The notes: generated by a model not told the origin, from the letters alone. Positions 9,303-17,047 are shown, counted from the first letter of the stretch. The stretch is DNA of 24,074 bases from Bdellovibrionales bacterium (GCA_041690295.1 JAWLHR010000027.1:1-24074), one strand, 5' to 3'. A program made the numbers and translations.

Positions 9303-10149
9303 TTTTTTTCAGGGCTTGTTCAAAGCTCGCGATCGTTCGTTCAAGATCACGGTCATAGCCGACGGGTTCAATGATATCGCAACCGAACCCGGCGGCCTCG
9401 ACCTTGCTTTTCAAATCCTGAATATGAAGTCCGCCGATCACCACGGCGGCCGTTTTAAATGGATAAGATTGCAACGTCTTAACGAATGAATCATTGCGTT
9501 CGTTCAATGATTTTTTGAAAAGGTCGAGTTCCTCACTGATCTTATCCTGAATCAGTGAAATTAATTTCTCAATCGGCGTGGATTGATCCACCTTCAGAAG
9601 ATTGATCGCCGCCTCGGCGAACATCTTTTTCTTATCTTCAGCGAGAGCGGGGTCGCTCAGCTTTGAATGATACCCAGCCCAGCCGCGCAAGTTGCTGAGC
9701 CGCAAGTTTCCTTCCTGGATCAACTTCTCGTTGTCGCCGCAGACCGTGAGCAATCGGTCATTAAACCTTGCCTCTAGCTTCATCGGTACATGGGTGAGAA
9801 TGCGTTCGAACTTACGGGTGTTGGGGCGATTCTGTTTTAAAGAGGCGAGGTCCCAGCCGTTGAATTTAGTGGTGAAGCCATCGTTGATTTCACCTTCGCA
9901 ACCTTCGCCCACCACTAAGTCGATTTTCTTATGTTTGGCTTTGTCGGCAAGGTAGATAAATATGGCCGTTTGGTTCCGTTCTTGCGGATACCGTTCGCGA
10001 AAACCTTTGGTGATGGTGGTCGGCGCCAAATGCCACTGCTTGACCAGCAGAACTTTCGGGGCGCCTTTTTCACTCTTACAAGAACCAATTTTAGAAACGA
10101 GCGCTTTTCCCTGCGCCGTGGTCAGAGCCAAAGCGAGAAGCCAGATCAA
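9286..10149 (-). CDS. Exported hypothetical protein, possibly TraB/Tiki/ChaN/EreA-like fold
   Basis: TTG start 6 nt after AAGGAG; hydrophobic N-terminus; ordered motifs QWH, GEG, ERN and VIGGLH. Confidence 0.7.
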   Translation of the reverse strand: MIWLLALALTTAQGKALVSKIGSCKSEKGAPKVLLVKQWHLAPTTITKGFRERYPQERNQTAIFIYLADKAKHKKIDLVVGEGCEGEINDGFTTKFNGWDLASLKQNRPNTRKFERILTHVPMKLEARFNDRLLTVCGDNEKLIQEGNLRLSNLRGWAGYHSKLSDPALAEDKKKMFAEAAINLLKVDQSTPIEKLISLIQDKISEELDLFKKSLNERNDSFVKTLQSYPFKTAAVVIGGLHIQDLKSKVEAAGFGCDIIEPVGYDRDLERTIASFEQALKKTSPRE

Positions 10150-10170
10150 GTTGCTCTCCTTAAAAAAACC

Positions 10171-10199
10171 ATTAAACGGGGAGCCGGCGTCGAGGTCAA
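10171..10199 (-). promoter_or_regulatory. Sigma70-type promoter for the 9286..10149 gene
   Basis: Minus strand reads TTGACC-N17-TTTAAT just upstream of the AAGGAG RBS. Confidence 0.65.
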
Positions 10200-10243
10200 G
10201 AAAGGAGGGCGTGAGGAGCGACCATCTTGGTCCCCCTCACGCC
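10200..10243 (-). terminator. GC-rich stem-loop; candidate terminator or sRNA 3' end
   Basis: GGCGTGAGG (10208-10216) pairs with CCTCACGCC (10235-10243), with inner GACCA/TGGTC. On the minus strand it is followed by the pyrimidine tract CTCCTTTCTT. Confidence 0.45.
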
Positions 10244-10290
10244 ATTACAAAAGGGGGTTCGCTAGGCAGGAAATTTTTTACCCGAGGGCC

Positions 10291-10318
10291 ATAAAGACCC
10301 GATGAAAGCGGAATTAAA
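10291..10318. promoter_or_regulatory. Candidate OmpR-family binding site (11-bp-phased direct repeats)
   Basis: ATAAAG (10291), ATGAAA (10302) and ATTAAA (10313) occur at an exact 11-bp period upstream of an OmpR-type regulator gene. Confidence 0.5.
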
Positions 10319-10332
10319 AGTATTTAATACCA

Positions 10333-10362
10333 TTGCGGTTTTCCGGAAATTTAGGGTAGTTT
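10333..10362 (+). promoter_or_regulatory. Possible promoter of the two-component operon (near-leaderless)
   Basis: TTGCGG-N18-TAGTTT ends 8 nt before ATG 10371; no clear Shine-Dalgarno. Confidence 0.35.
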
Positions 10363-10370
10363 AGCAACCT

Positions 10371-11045
10371 ATGAGAGTGCTGGTTGTCGAAGACGAAAAG
10401 AAGTCCGCGAGTTTCATAAAAAACGGTCTCCAGGAGGCCGGCTATGTGGTTGAAGTCGCCGAAAGCGCCGCGGCCGGTCTGACGCTGGCGGCGAACTCGG
10501 AATTTGACTTGATCGTTCTGGACGTCATGTTGCCGGATGGGAACGGAATGGATGTGGCGCGACAGATGCGCAATGAATCCTATAAGGGATTCATCTTAAT
10601 GCTCACGGCTCTGGATTCCACCCGAGACAAAGTGCGCGGGTTGGATTCCGGCGCGGATGATTATCTGGCGAAACCATTCGAGTTTGATGAACTTCTGGCG
10701 AGAATCCGCGCGCTGCTGAGACGAAAAGAAGGCGGGCGAACCCGTCTTGGATTCGAAGATTTGCAAATGGATTTGATCCAGCGTCGTGTGCAACGAGCCG
10801 GCTCCGAGATCACGTTGACGCAAAAAGAGTTCTCCTTGCTCGAATACTTTCTCCGAAACGCGAACCGTCCGCTCACGCGCACTGAAATCGGGGAAAATGT
10901 TTGGGACGTTCACTTTGATAACGAAAGCAATGTGATCGACGTTTACGTGCGGCATTTGCGAAAAAAAATCGATGAACCGTTTCCCACTCGATTGCTGCAC
11001 ACGGTGACCGGCTACGGTTACGTACTTAAGCGCGCCGACCAATGA
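10371..11045 (+). CDS. OmpR/PhoB-family response regulator (CusR/CzcR-like)
   Basis: REC domain (VEDE, LDVMLP, MLTA, GADDYLAKPF) and winged helix (LTQKEFSLL, VWD, SNVIDVYVRHLRKKID, TVTGYGY). Confidence 0.95.
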   Translation: MRVLVVEDEKKSASFIKNGLQEAGYVVEVAESAAAGLTLAANSEFDLIVLDVMLPDGNGMDVARQMRNESYKGFILMLTALDSTRDKVRGLDSGADDYLAKPFEFDELLARIRALLRRKEGGRTRLGFEDLQMDLIQRRVQRAGSEITLTQKEFSLLEYFLRNANRPLTRTEIGENVWDVHFDNESNVIDVYVRHLRKKIDEPFPTRLLHTVTGYGYVLKRADQ

Positions 11046-12508
11046 TGATTTTCCGCCGCCAGGGAATTCGCTTTCGTCTGGCGATGCTTTACCTGAGTAT
11101 CTTCGCCGCGGGCTTGAGCATTTTCTGCGCGGTCCTGTTCAAATATTTTCAGCGCACCCAAAACAGGGTTTTTAATGAAGCGCTTTACAACTTCGCCGTC
11201 GATATCAGCACCAATCTGGAAATGGATTTCGTCGGGCGTTTGTTCGTGGTGAATCCAAACGTGCCCGAGGCCGGAAAGATTTTTCCGTTTCATCTTGGTG
11301 GAAGTTTCCTGGAGATTCGCGACATCAACGGTCGTATTCTCGGGCACTCGCGGGCTTTGAAAAACCGGCAGTTGCCGCTGGATGCGGAAACTTTGGCCCG
11401 GATTCCCCACGAGAGGGCGATTTTTCGCACCTTGAGCGCGTCCAGCATGGGATTGAAATCCAATTCGCCGGATCTGCGCATGCTGACCTTTTACGCCAGT
11501 CGCTCCGACTGGCGCGAGCCTTTGATTTTGCAAGTGGCCGTGCCACTTGATTTGCCGGAACAGGAACGGCGGGACTTGCTTCTCTTCTTTTTGCTCGCCA
11601 TCCCGTTGTTCCTGGTGATCGCCGGTGTAGCGGGAATGTGGATGTCGCGCCGGGCGCTTCGCCCGGTGCATGAAATGACTTCGAAGGCGGCGGCCATTAC
11701 GGGCGTGGAAAATCTCACCGAGCGGATTCCGGTGCCCCACGCCCATGATGAAATTCGCGAGCTGGCCATTACGTTTAACAGTTTGCTGGATCGGCTGGAG
11801 AGCGCGTTCGCCAGTCAGGACCGATTCATTTCAAATGCGTCTCACCAATTGAAAACGCCTCTGACCATACTTAAGAATGAATTGCATTCTTTGCGCAAGG
11901 CCCAGGCGCAAGGCGCCGATCTGGCCGATGGGCTCGAATCCGCCGCCGATGAAATTCAACGGCTCATTTTGCTGGTGCAGGATCTTTTGCTATTGGCGCG
12001 ACTGGAGGCGGGCAAAGATTCGATCACGTTCGCGCCGGTGCGGCTCGACGAAGTCATGCTCCAGTCCGTGGCGCGTCTGCAAAAACTCAGTCAGAAAAAG
12101 CAAGTCCGATTACGCACCCAAATCACGGCCGATCAACCGGGTCGCGAGCTGGATGTGGAAGTGCTCGGAGACGCGGAATTGCTCGATTCCATGTTGGAAA
12201 ATTTCCTTGAGAACGCGATTAAATACGCGCCGAGTTCCACGGACGTGGAGTTGCATTTGAAAGGCTCGGCGAAAACGGTGCGACTTTTGATCCGTGATTA
12301 CGGCCCGGGGATTCCGCCCGATATGACCGCCAAGATTTTTGAACGGTTCTCACGCGGACAGTCCGTGCAAAATATCGAAGGCTCCGGCCTAGGTTTGTCG
12401 ATCGCCGCTGAAATCGCCCGGATTCACGGAGTAAAGATTGAGTTCGGTACGCCGGCATCAGGTCCGGGCACGCTCGTCACTTTGACTTTCACCCGTTTAG
12501 CGCATTAA
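11042..12508 (+). CDS. Sensor histidine kinase (2 TM, HAMP, HisKA, HATPase_c)
   Basis: ATGA overlap with the regulator; HAMP (DEIRELAITFNSLLDRL), H-box ASHQLKTPL, N-box ENAIKY, DYGPGI and GSGLGL. Confidence 0.95.
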   Translation: MMIFRRQGIRFRLAMLYLSIFAAGLSIFCAVLFKYFQRTQNRVFNEALYNFAVDISTNLEMDFVGRLFVVNPNVPEAGKIFPFHLGGSFLEIRDINGRILGHSRALKNRQLPLDAETLARIPHERAIFRTLSASSMGLKSNSPDLRMLTFYASRSDWREPLILQVAVPLDLPEQERRDLLLFFLLAIPLFLVIAGVAGMWMSRRALRPVHEMTSKAAAITGVENLTERIPVPHAHDEIRELAITFNSLLDRLESAFASQDRFISNASHQLKTPLTILKNELHSLRKAQAQGADLADGLESAADEIQRLILLVQDLLLLARLEAGKDSITFAPVRLDEVMLQSVARLQKLSQKKQVRLRTQITADQPGRELDVEVLGDAELLDSMLENFLENAIKYAPSSTDVELHLKGSAKTVRLLIRDYGPGIPPDMTAKIFERFSRGQSVQNIEGSGLGLSIAAEIARIHGVKIEFGTPASGPGTLVTLTFTRLAH

Positions 12509-12515
12509 CTAGGGC

Positions 12516-13265
12516 ATGACATTAACGATTATCTTTCTGGCCTGGTTCGCCGCCACGTTGGGCGCGATTTCCGGTTTGGGCGGCGGAATTTTTCTGATGC
12601 CGCTCTTAGTGGAAACGTTCGGGCGGGAGCACGGCCCGGCAAGTCTTGCCGCGCTTTCACTGAGCGTGGTGCTTTTGAATTCACTCACGTCTTTATTTAT
12701 TGGCAAGCAGATCAAAAATATCGATCGTCCGTTCGCCAGGCGTATGGCGGTGTTTTCCGTCGTGGGTGTGATGATTGGTGTTTATCTGCAAAGTTTGGTG
12801 ACAAGGGAGTCGTTCCAGGTGTTTTTGGGCGGGTTCCTCTTTTTGCTGGCCATTTACATTTTGTGGCGATCACCCCGTGCCGACTCTTCGCCAAAGGTGG
12901 CGAAGGTTGGATTCAACTGGTTGGATTTCGTCTTCAGTGTGGGAGTGGGTACGGTGGCCAGTTTCTTCGGGATCGGCGGCGGGGTTTTACAGATGCCCTA
13001 CATGGTTTACATTCGGAAATTTCCCGTGAAACAGGCCACGGCGACGTCGCAATTCATACTGGCGACGGTGGCCGCGGGAACCTTGGTTTTGATCGTGGTT
13101 TGGCGTGGGGCGCCAGTTATGTGGTCGGCCTTTTTACTGATGGCGCCGGCCGTGATCCTCGGCGGAATCCTTGGAAGCCGCCTTGGCGCGGAGATCCGCG
13201 GCCCTTGGATCGTGCGGATCGTCGGTGTCCTGCTCCTGATAATGGCCTATCGGGTTTCCCGTTGA
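12516..13265 (+). CDS. TauE/SafE family (sulfite exporter-like) permease
   Basis: Duplicated GLGGG / GIGGG motifs, ATATS and about eight TM helices; starts 7 bp after the kinase stop. Confidence 0.9.
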   Translation: MTLTIIFLAWFAATLGAISGLGGGIFLMPLLVETFGREHGPASLAALSLSVVLLNSLTSLFIGKQIKNIDRPFARRMAVFSVVGVMIGVYLQSLVTRESFQVFLGGFLFLLAIYILWRSPRADSSPKVAKVGFNWLDFVFSVGVGTVASFFGIGGGVLQMPYMVYIRKFPVKQATATSQFILATVAAGTLVLIVVWRGAPVMWSAFLLMAPAVILGGILGSRLGAEIRGPWIVRIVGVLLLIMAYRVSR

Positions 13266-13291
13266 CGCACACCGCGCTGAGATATTAGTCT
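13262..13291 (+). promoter_or_regulatory. Probable tRNA promoter
   Basis: TTGACG-N18-TAGTCT ends 12 nt before the tRNA and overlaps the TauE stop codon. Confidence 0.45.
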
Positions 13292-13303
13292 CTTCCTTCC
13301 TTT

Positions 13304-13390
13304 GCCCGGATGGCGGAACTGGTAGACGCGCAGGTCTCAGAAGCCTGTGGCCGCAAGGCTGTGGAGGTTCAAGTCCTCTTTCGGGCACCA
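13304..13390 (+). tRNA. tRNA-Leu(CAG)
   Basis: Acceptor stem GCCCGGA/TTCGGGC plus ACCA; D-arm GGCGGAACTGGTAGACGC; anticodon arm CAGGT-CTCAGAA-GCCTG; long variable arm; T-arm GGAGGTTCAAGTCCTC. Confidence 0.97.
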
Positions 13391-13633
13391 AGCATTTCCC
13401 CCCAAGCGATTATAGCGATTCGAAAAGGCATTGAGCCGTCAGTGATGGCGAAATTAGGGCGCGAAATCATTACGACGAAAAGCGGACATGGTGGGTCTGG
13501 AATTGGAATCCTCTACGCCAACCGCATGATCTCGCGATGGGGTGGGAGTTTGAGATTTTCGCCCGCGAGATCTGGAGTTGGAACGCGTGTCGTTCTTTCA
13601 TTGAGGAAAGAAGCATCAAAAGAGTTGGCCTAG
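13391..13633 (+). pseudogene. C-terminal remnant of a histidine-kinase HATPase_c domain
   Basis: KGIEPSVMAKLGREIITTKSGHGGSGIGILYANRMISRWGGSL...GTRVVLSL matches the end of G1, the F/TTK box, G2 and the terminal strands. There is no N-box or H-box, and the frame runs back into the tRNA. Confidence 0.7.
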
Positions 13634-13658
13634 ATAATTGTTAAGGTGAGTCTCACCC

Positions 13659-13820
13659 GCGCCGGCCAAGAAACGATGTGGCGAAGTTTTGTGTTGGTGA
13701 CTGAATTCCTCTCGCGCCTGCGAGAAATGATGTGGCAGATTAGTTTCGAATAACCGAATCCCATCTGCGTCGGCCGACAAACTATGTGACGAAGTTTGTT
13801 TCGGTTAAAATAAATTTTTT
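13659..13820. repeat. Three degenerate ~54-bp tandem repeats with internal hairpins
   Basis: Units start GCGCCGGCCAAGAAACGATGTGGCGAAGTTT, GCGCCTGCGAGAAATGATGTGGCAGATTAGTTT and GCGTCGGCCGACAAACTATGTGACGAAGTTT; the ATGTG core is at 13676, 13730 and 13784. Confidence 0.75.
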
Positions 13821-14053
13821 CTCTTGACGTGAATTCGCGCTCATCAAAATTGAATTTGAGGCGAGAAAAAGAAAAACAATCCAAGGTTTGATGTGGAATC
13901 AATTTCCGTCGCGCAAAGAGGCGTTTACGCCGTTTAATGGGCGCTCTGTTGAACACCTGAAAAACGAAATTGTTTTTTGAAAATCCAAAAACGTGCGCTT
14001 GAAAAACCCATGTTATGGTGGGCCCGATGAAAACTCCGAAGGAGGGCGCCTTC

Positions 14054-14965
14054 ATGAATCTGAGAAACTTATCTGATCAGGTTTTGTTGATGAACACGGA
14101 AAAACTGGCTCGCGAAGAGCGGGAGCTGCTCACCAAAGTGCTGCATCACCTTCGGGAAATTGAACGGCGCCGATTGTTTTCGGAACTGGGATTCAAGTCG
14201 CTGTTTGAATATTCGGTCAAAAAACTCGGCTACAGTGAAGATCAGGCCGGGCGACGGATTTCAGCGATGCGGCTTCTCAAAGAGATTCCGGAACTTGAAA
14301 CCAAGATCGAATCCAGCGCTCTGACACTGACCAATCTTGGATTGGCGCAATCACTGTTCCGCGCCGAGCGGAAGACCGCCGATATACCGAAAGAGAAGAA
14401 ACTCGAAATCATCTCTAAGCTGGAGAACAAATCTAAGCGAGAGGCGGAGAAGATAATTTTGAACCAGGCCAGTGATCCGCATCAGCTGATCGCGGATCGA
14501 GTGAGAGCGGTGACGTCGGATAAGATCGAGATCAAGATGCTCGCGGATCTGGGATTGGAAAAAATGGATCCAATGAAAAAGTTTTCGAAGGACGAAGGTG
14601 AAAGGCGTGTCGCGAATGAAGGTAAGACGGGTAAAGACAAAGTAAGTGACGGCGGAATAGAGAATACGATTGAAATGGCTGAGAATTCACCCGCGCCGGC
14701 CAAGAAAATGCGCGTCATAAGTGCGAAGGGGGATAAGAAGCGAAGTTACATCTCCGTCCATCTACGGCGTGCAGTTTGGAAGCGGGCAAATGGTCGCTGC
14801 GAAAATTGCGAGTCGGAATATGCGCTTGAAATTGATCACTTGGTGCCGGTGGGGAAGGGTGGAGTCGACGAGATCAGTAATTTGCGGCTTCTTTGCCGAT
14901 CATGCAATCAACGCTCGGCCATCAACGAATTCGGGGTCGAGAAAATGGGACGATATCTTCCGTGA
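14054..14965 (+). CDS. HNH endonuclease with a helical (DUF222-like) N-terminal domain
   Basis: AAGGAGG RBS before ATG 14054. N-terminal LSDxxLL..EERE..VLHHLREIERRRLF..GFKSLFEY; C-terminal CENC..EIDHLVP..GG..NLRLLCRSCN zinc-binding HNH domain. Confidence 0.9.
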   Translation: MNLRNLSDQVLLMNTEKLAREERELLTKVLHHLREIERRRLFSELGFKSLFEYSVKKLGYSEDQAGRRISAMRLLKEIPELETKIESSALTLTNLGLAQSLFRAERKTADIPKEKKLEIISKLENKSKREAEKIILNQASDPHQLIADRVRAVTSDKIEIKMLADLGLEKMDPMKKFSKDEGERRVANEGKTGKDKVSDGGIENTIEMAENSPAPAKKMRVISAKGDKKRSYISVHLRRAVWKRANGRCENCESEYALEIDHLVPVGKGGVDEISNLRLLCRSCNQRSAINEFGVEKMGRYLP

Positions 14966-14977
14966 CCATCAAATCAG

Positions 14978-15060
14978 GCGACCGGGAGACCAGGAGACCG
15001 ACGAAGCCGCCTGCCAGATAACGAAGTCACCGGCCAGAACAAGAAGCCACCAGCCGCCGG
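14978..15060. repeat. Short tandem repeats (3 x 8 bp, then 3 x 20 bp) downstream of the HNH gene
   Basis: GCGACCGG/GAGACCAG/GAGACCGA (14978-15001), then ACGAAGCCGCCTGCCAGATA / ACGAAGTCACCGGCCAGAAC / AAGAAGCCACCAGCCGCCGG (15001-15060). Confidence 0.7.
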
Positions 15061-15230
15061 ATTCAGGTAATCTTCCGACCCGCTTCAAGTTAACAAAATC
15101 ATAACAATTCGGGGGAAAGCTCACGCCGAGCACGAGTGAAAAACGTAGAATTTTTTCTGAGGAGAAGCGGCGGTATTTGCGAAAAACAATTCGCGAGATA
15201 GGTTGGCCGGCAACAAGGGGTGGGTCAAAG

Positions 15231-15563
15231 ATGAACAAAATAATTTTAGCCGTCATGCTGTGGGCGAGTCCCGCGGCGGTCGCGGTGACGATGAATTGCG
15301 GACTCGAGCAAGCCGTGGCCATTCTTCGCGCCAGTGCGTTTCAGAACGTTTCGGAGGATGGCGTTCCCAGCTCGGCGGAAATCTGCGGAGATATTTCCGT
15401 GATCGAGCACGCGGTTGATCGCTTGATGCCCAATACAAGCGGTGTCGGTGGCGACTATCAGGTACTGCTGTGCGAAACGGTGCATATGGGCCGTAACACA
15501 GTTGTTATCACTGATGTTTACTGTACCGGCGAAGTTGAGCACTCGCTGTTTACCGTGAATTAA
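15231..15563 (+). CDS. Small secreted hypothetical protein
   Basis: ATG 15231 after a purine-rich tract gives signal peptide MNKIILAVMLWASPAAVA; four Cys in the mature part. Confidence 0.65.
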   Translation: MNKIILAVMLWASPAAVAVTMNCGLEQAVAILRASAFQNVSEDGVPSSAEICGDISVIEHAVDRLMPNTSGVGGDYQVLLCETVHMGRNTVVITDVYCTGEVEHSLFTVN

Positions 15564-15611
15564 CCATCAAATCGTTTGGCTTACCGGCAAACTCGTCATT
15601 AGAATTTCAGC

Positions 15612-16466
15612 ATGACGTACATAATTCTCATGCTGACGATGATGGGCGCCGCCCCAGCGAGCGCGAATGATGCAACAGTTCTCAAACAACTCGTGGCGGA
15701 TTTCGACCGTGAGCTGGAAGAGACTTCAGCCGAAAAGTGGGACCTGAGACGATCGCCCGCTTACCGGAAATTAATGGATTATCGGGCTCGAACCGACGGC
15801 CATAACGCCTTTCTCACGATGATCGAACCCAGTCCGGGGAATAAAGGGCAAATCACCGGAAGCGAGTTTCCCCGGGGCACATGGGCGCTGACTTACGACG
15901 ACGGTCCACATCCCTCGCGAACTCAACCCATATTGGATGTTTTGAAACGTAATCACCTGATCGTGACGTTCTTTTGGCTGGCGCAGAACGCGGAAAAACA
16001 TAAAAAAGTGATTCAAGCGGCGGCCAATGAAGGACATTCTTTGCAAAATCATTCCTACACCCATGCCGATCTCACCAAGGTCACGGATCTGAAACTGGGC
16101 TTCGAGGTCAGCGTGTCGAACCAAGTTCTCGCGGAAAACTTTCCCGAGCGGCCGAGGTTTTTCCGCACTCCTTATGGCGCCAAGAATACGAAGGTGCGCC
16201 GAACAATCGCCAATGAAGGCTTGATCCACGTCCTTTGGAACGTGGACAGCCTGGATTGGGCCGACAAAAACGCGAACTCGGTGGCGGAACGAGTGCGTAA
16301 ACAAATGAATAAATCCGGCGGCGGAATCATTCTTTTTCATGACATTCAAAGCCATACGGCCAAGGCCACCGAAATCCTTCTGTCAAAAATCGGCCGTGTG
16401 CGCTTTGTGACTATTGATGAGGCAGTTGAGGATCTGAATGCATCGAAAGCGATCGGAATGAATTGA
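15612..16466 (+). CDS. Secreted polysaccharide/peptidoglycan GlcNAc deacetylase (CE4, NodB domain)
   Basis: All five CE4 motifs (TYDDGP, HSYTH, RTPYG, DSLDW, ILFHD) and a signal peptide. Confidence 0.93.
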   Translation: MTYIILMLTMMGAAPASANDATVLKQLVADFDRELEETSAEKWDLRRSPAYRKLMDYRARTDGHNAFLTMIEPSPGNKGQITGSEFPRGTWALTYDDGPHPSRTQPILDVLKRNHLIVTFFWLAQNAEKHKKVIQAAANEGHSLQNHSYTHADLTKVTDLKLGFEVSVSNQVLAENFPERPRFFRTPYGAKNTKVRRTIANEGLIHVLWNVDSLDWADKNANSVAERVRKQMNKSGGGIILFHDIQSHTAKATEILLSKIGRVRFVTIDEAVEDLNASKAIGMN

Positions 16467-16544
16467 ATTCGATGCGAATTTGGAAGCTTGCTTACATCTA
16501 TAAATCAGATAGAATCAGCTAAACTTTTTTGGGGGGTGACCAAA

Positions 16545-17021
16545 ATGACCAAGTATTTTGTGGCTGCAATCGCAGTGTTGGGATTGGCCAACTTCGCATT
16601 CGCAAATGAAAGCGAATTGCAAACAAGCGAAATTCAAATTGAAACCGGTGTTGAAGCGGAAAATGCCGATTGGGATATTCTGCGCAATCAACGCTATGTG
16701 TTTGTCGGGTCCTTCAGTTGTTCGAATCCGTTCAAATGGGACACGGACACCGTTGAAAGCCGCCGACGAATGCGCGCCAGTGCGATGATTCTTGAATTGG
16801 ATCGCGGCGCCAATGTGGAAATTCGTGACATCGTCGTTCGCTGCCGTAATGGCCGCATTTGCGATCGCATCGAAGGTGGTGAGTTGGGCAACCGTCCCGT
16901 TCGTGTGCGGTTCAATCGTCGCGGATTGGAAGTGCAATCCATCCAGTTCCGCGCCAAACCGAAAGGTCTGCCGCCGTCCAAAGTGAACGTTTACCTCGAA
17001 AACCGCAATTCGGGTTGGTAA
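16545..17021 (+). CDS. Secreted hypothetical beta-rich protein
   Basis: ATG 16545 after GGGGGGTG; signal peptide ending AFA; alternating hydrophobic beta-strand pattern; followed by a terminator. Confidence 0.75.
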   Translation: MTKYFVAAIAVLGLANFAFANESELQTSEIQIETGVEAENADWDILRNQRYVFVGSFSCSNPFKWDTDTVESRRRMRASAMILELDRGANVEIRDIVVRCRNGRICDRIEGGELGNRPVRVRFNRRGLEVQSIQFRAKPKGLPPSKVNVYLENRNSGW

Positions 17022-17047
17022 ACAGTTAACTGAATATTGACGCGCAT

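Noticed and set aside
13134..13391. ORFs through the tRNA (13134..13391 minus; N-terminal part of 13310..13633 plus)
   Set aside because: These are translations of the tRNA-Leu sequence itself.
13659..13820. Canonical CRISPR array
   Set aside because: Only three degenerate units, the would-be spacers resemble each other, the period is short and there are no cas genes; kept as a non-CRISPR repeat.
13630..14055. 141-aa minus-strand ORF with an 18-aa KLRHIV repeat as the explanation of the 54-bp period
   Set aside because: The units show offsetting 1-nt indels and pairing-preserving changes rather than codon-type conservation, the ORF overlaps the HNH start and RBS, and it has no recognisable domain. 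Not fully excluded.
14966..15611. Integron cassette array of small secreted genes
   Set aside because: I could not identify attC-like RYYYAAC...GTTRRRY hairpins and there is no integron integrase.
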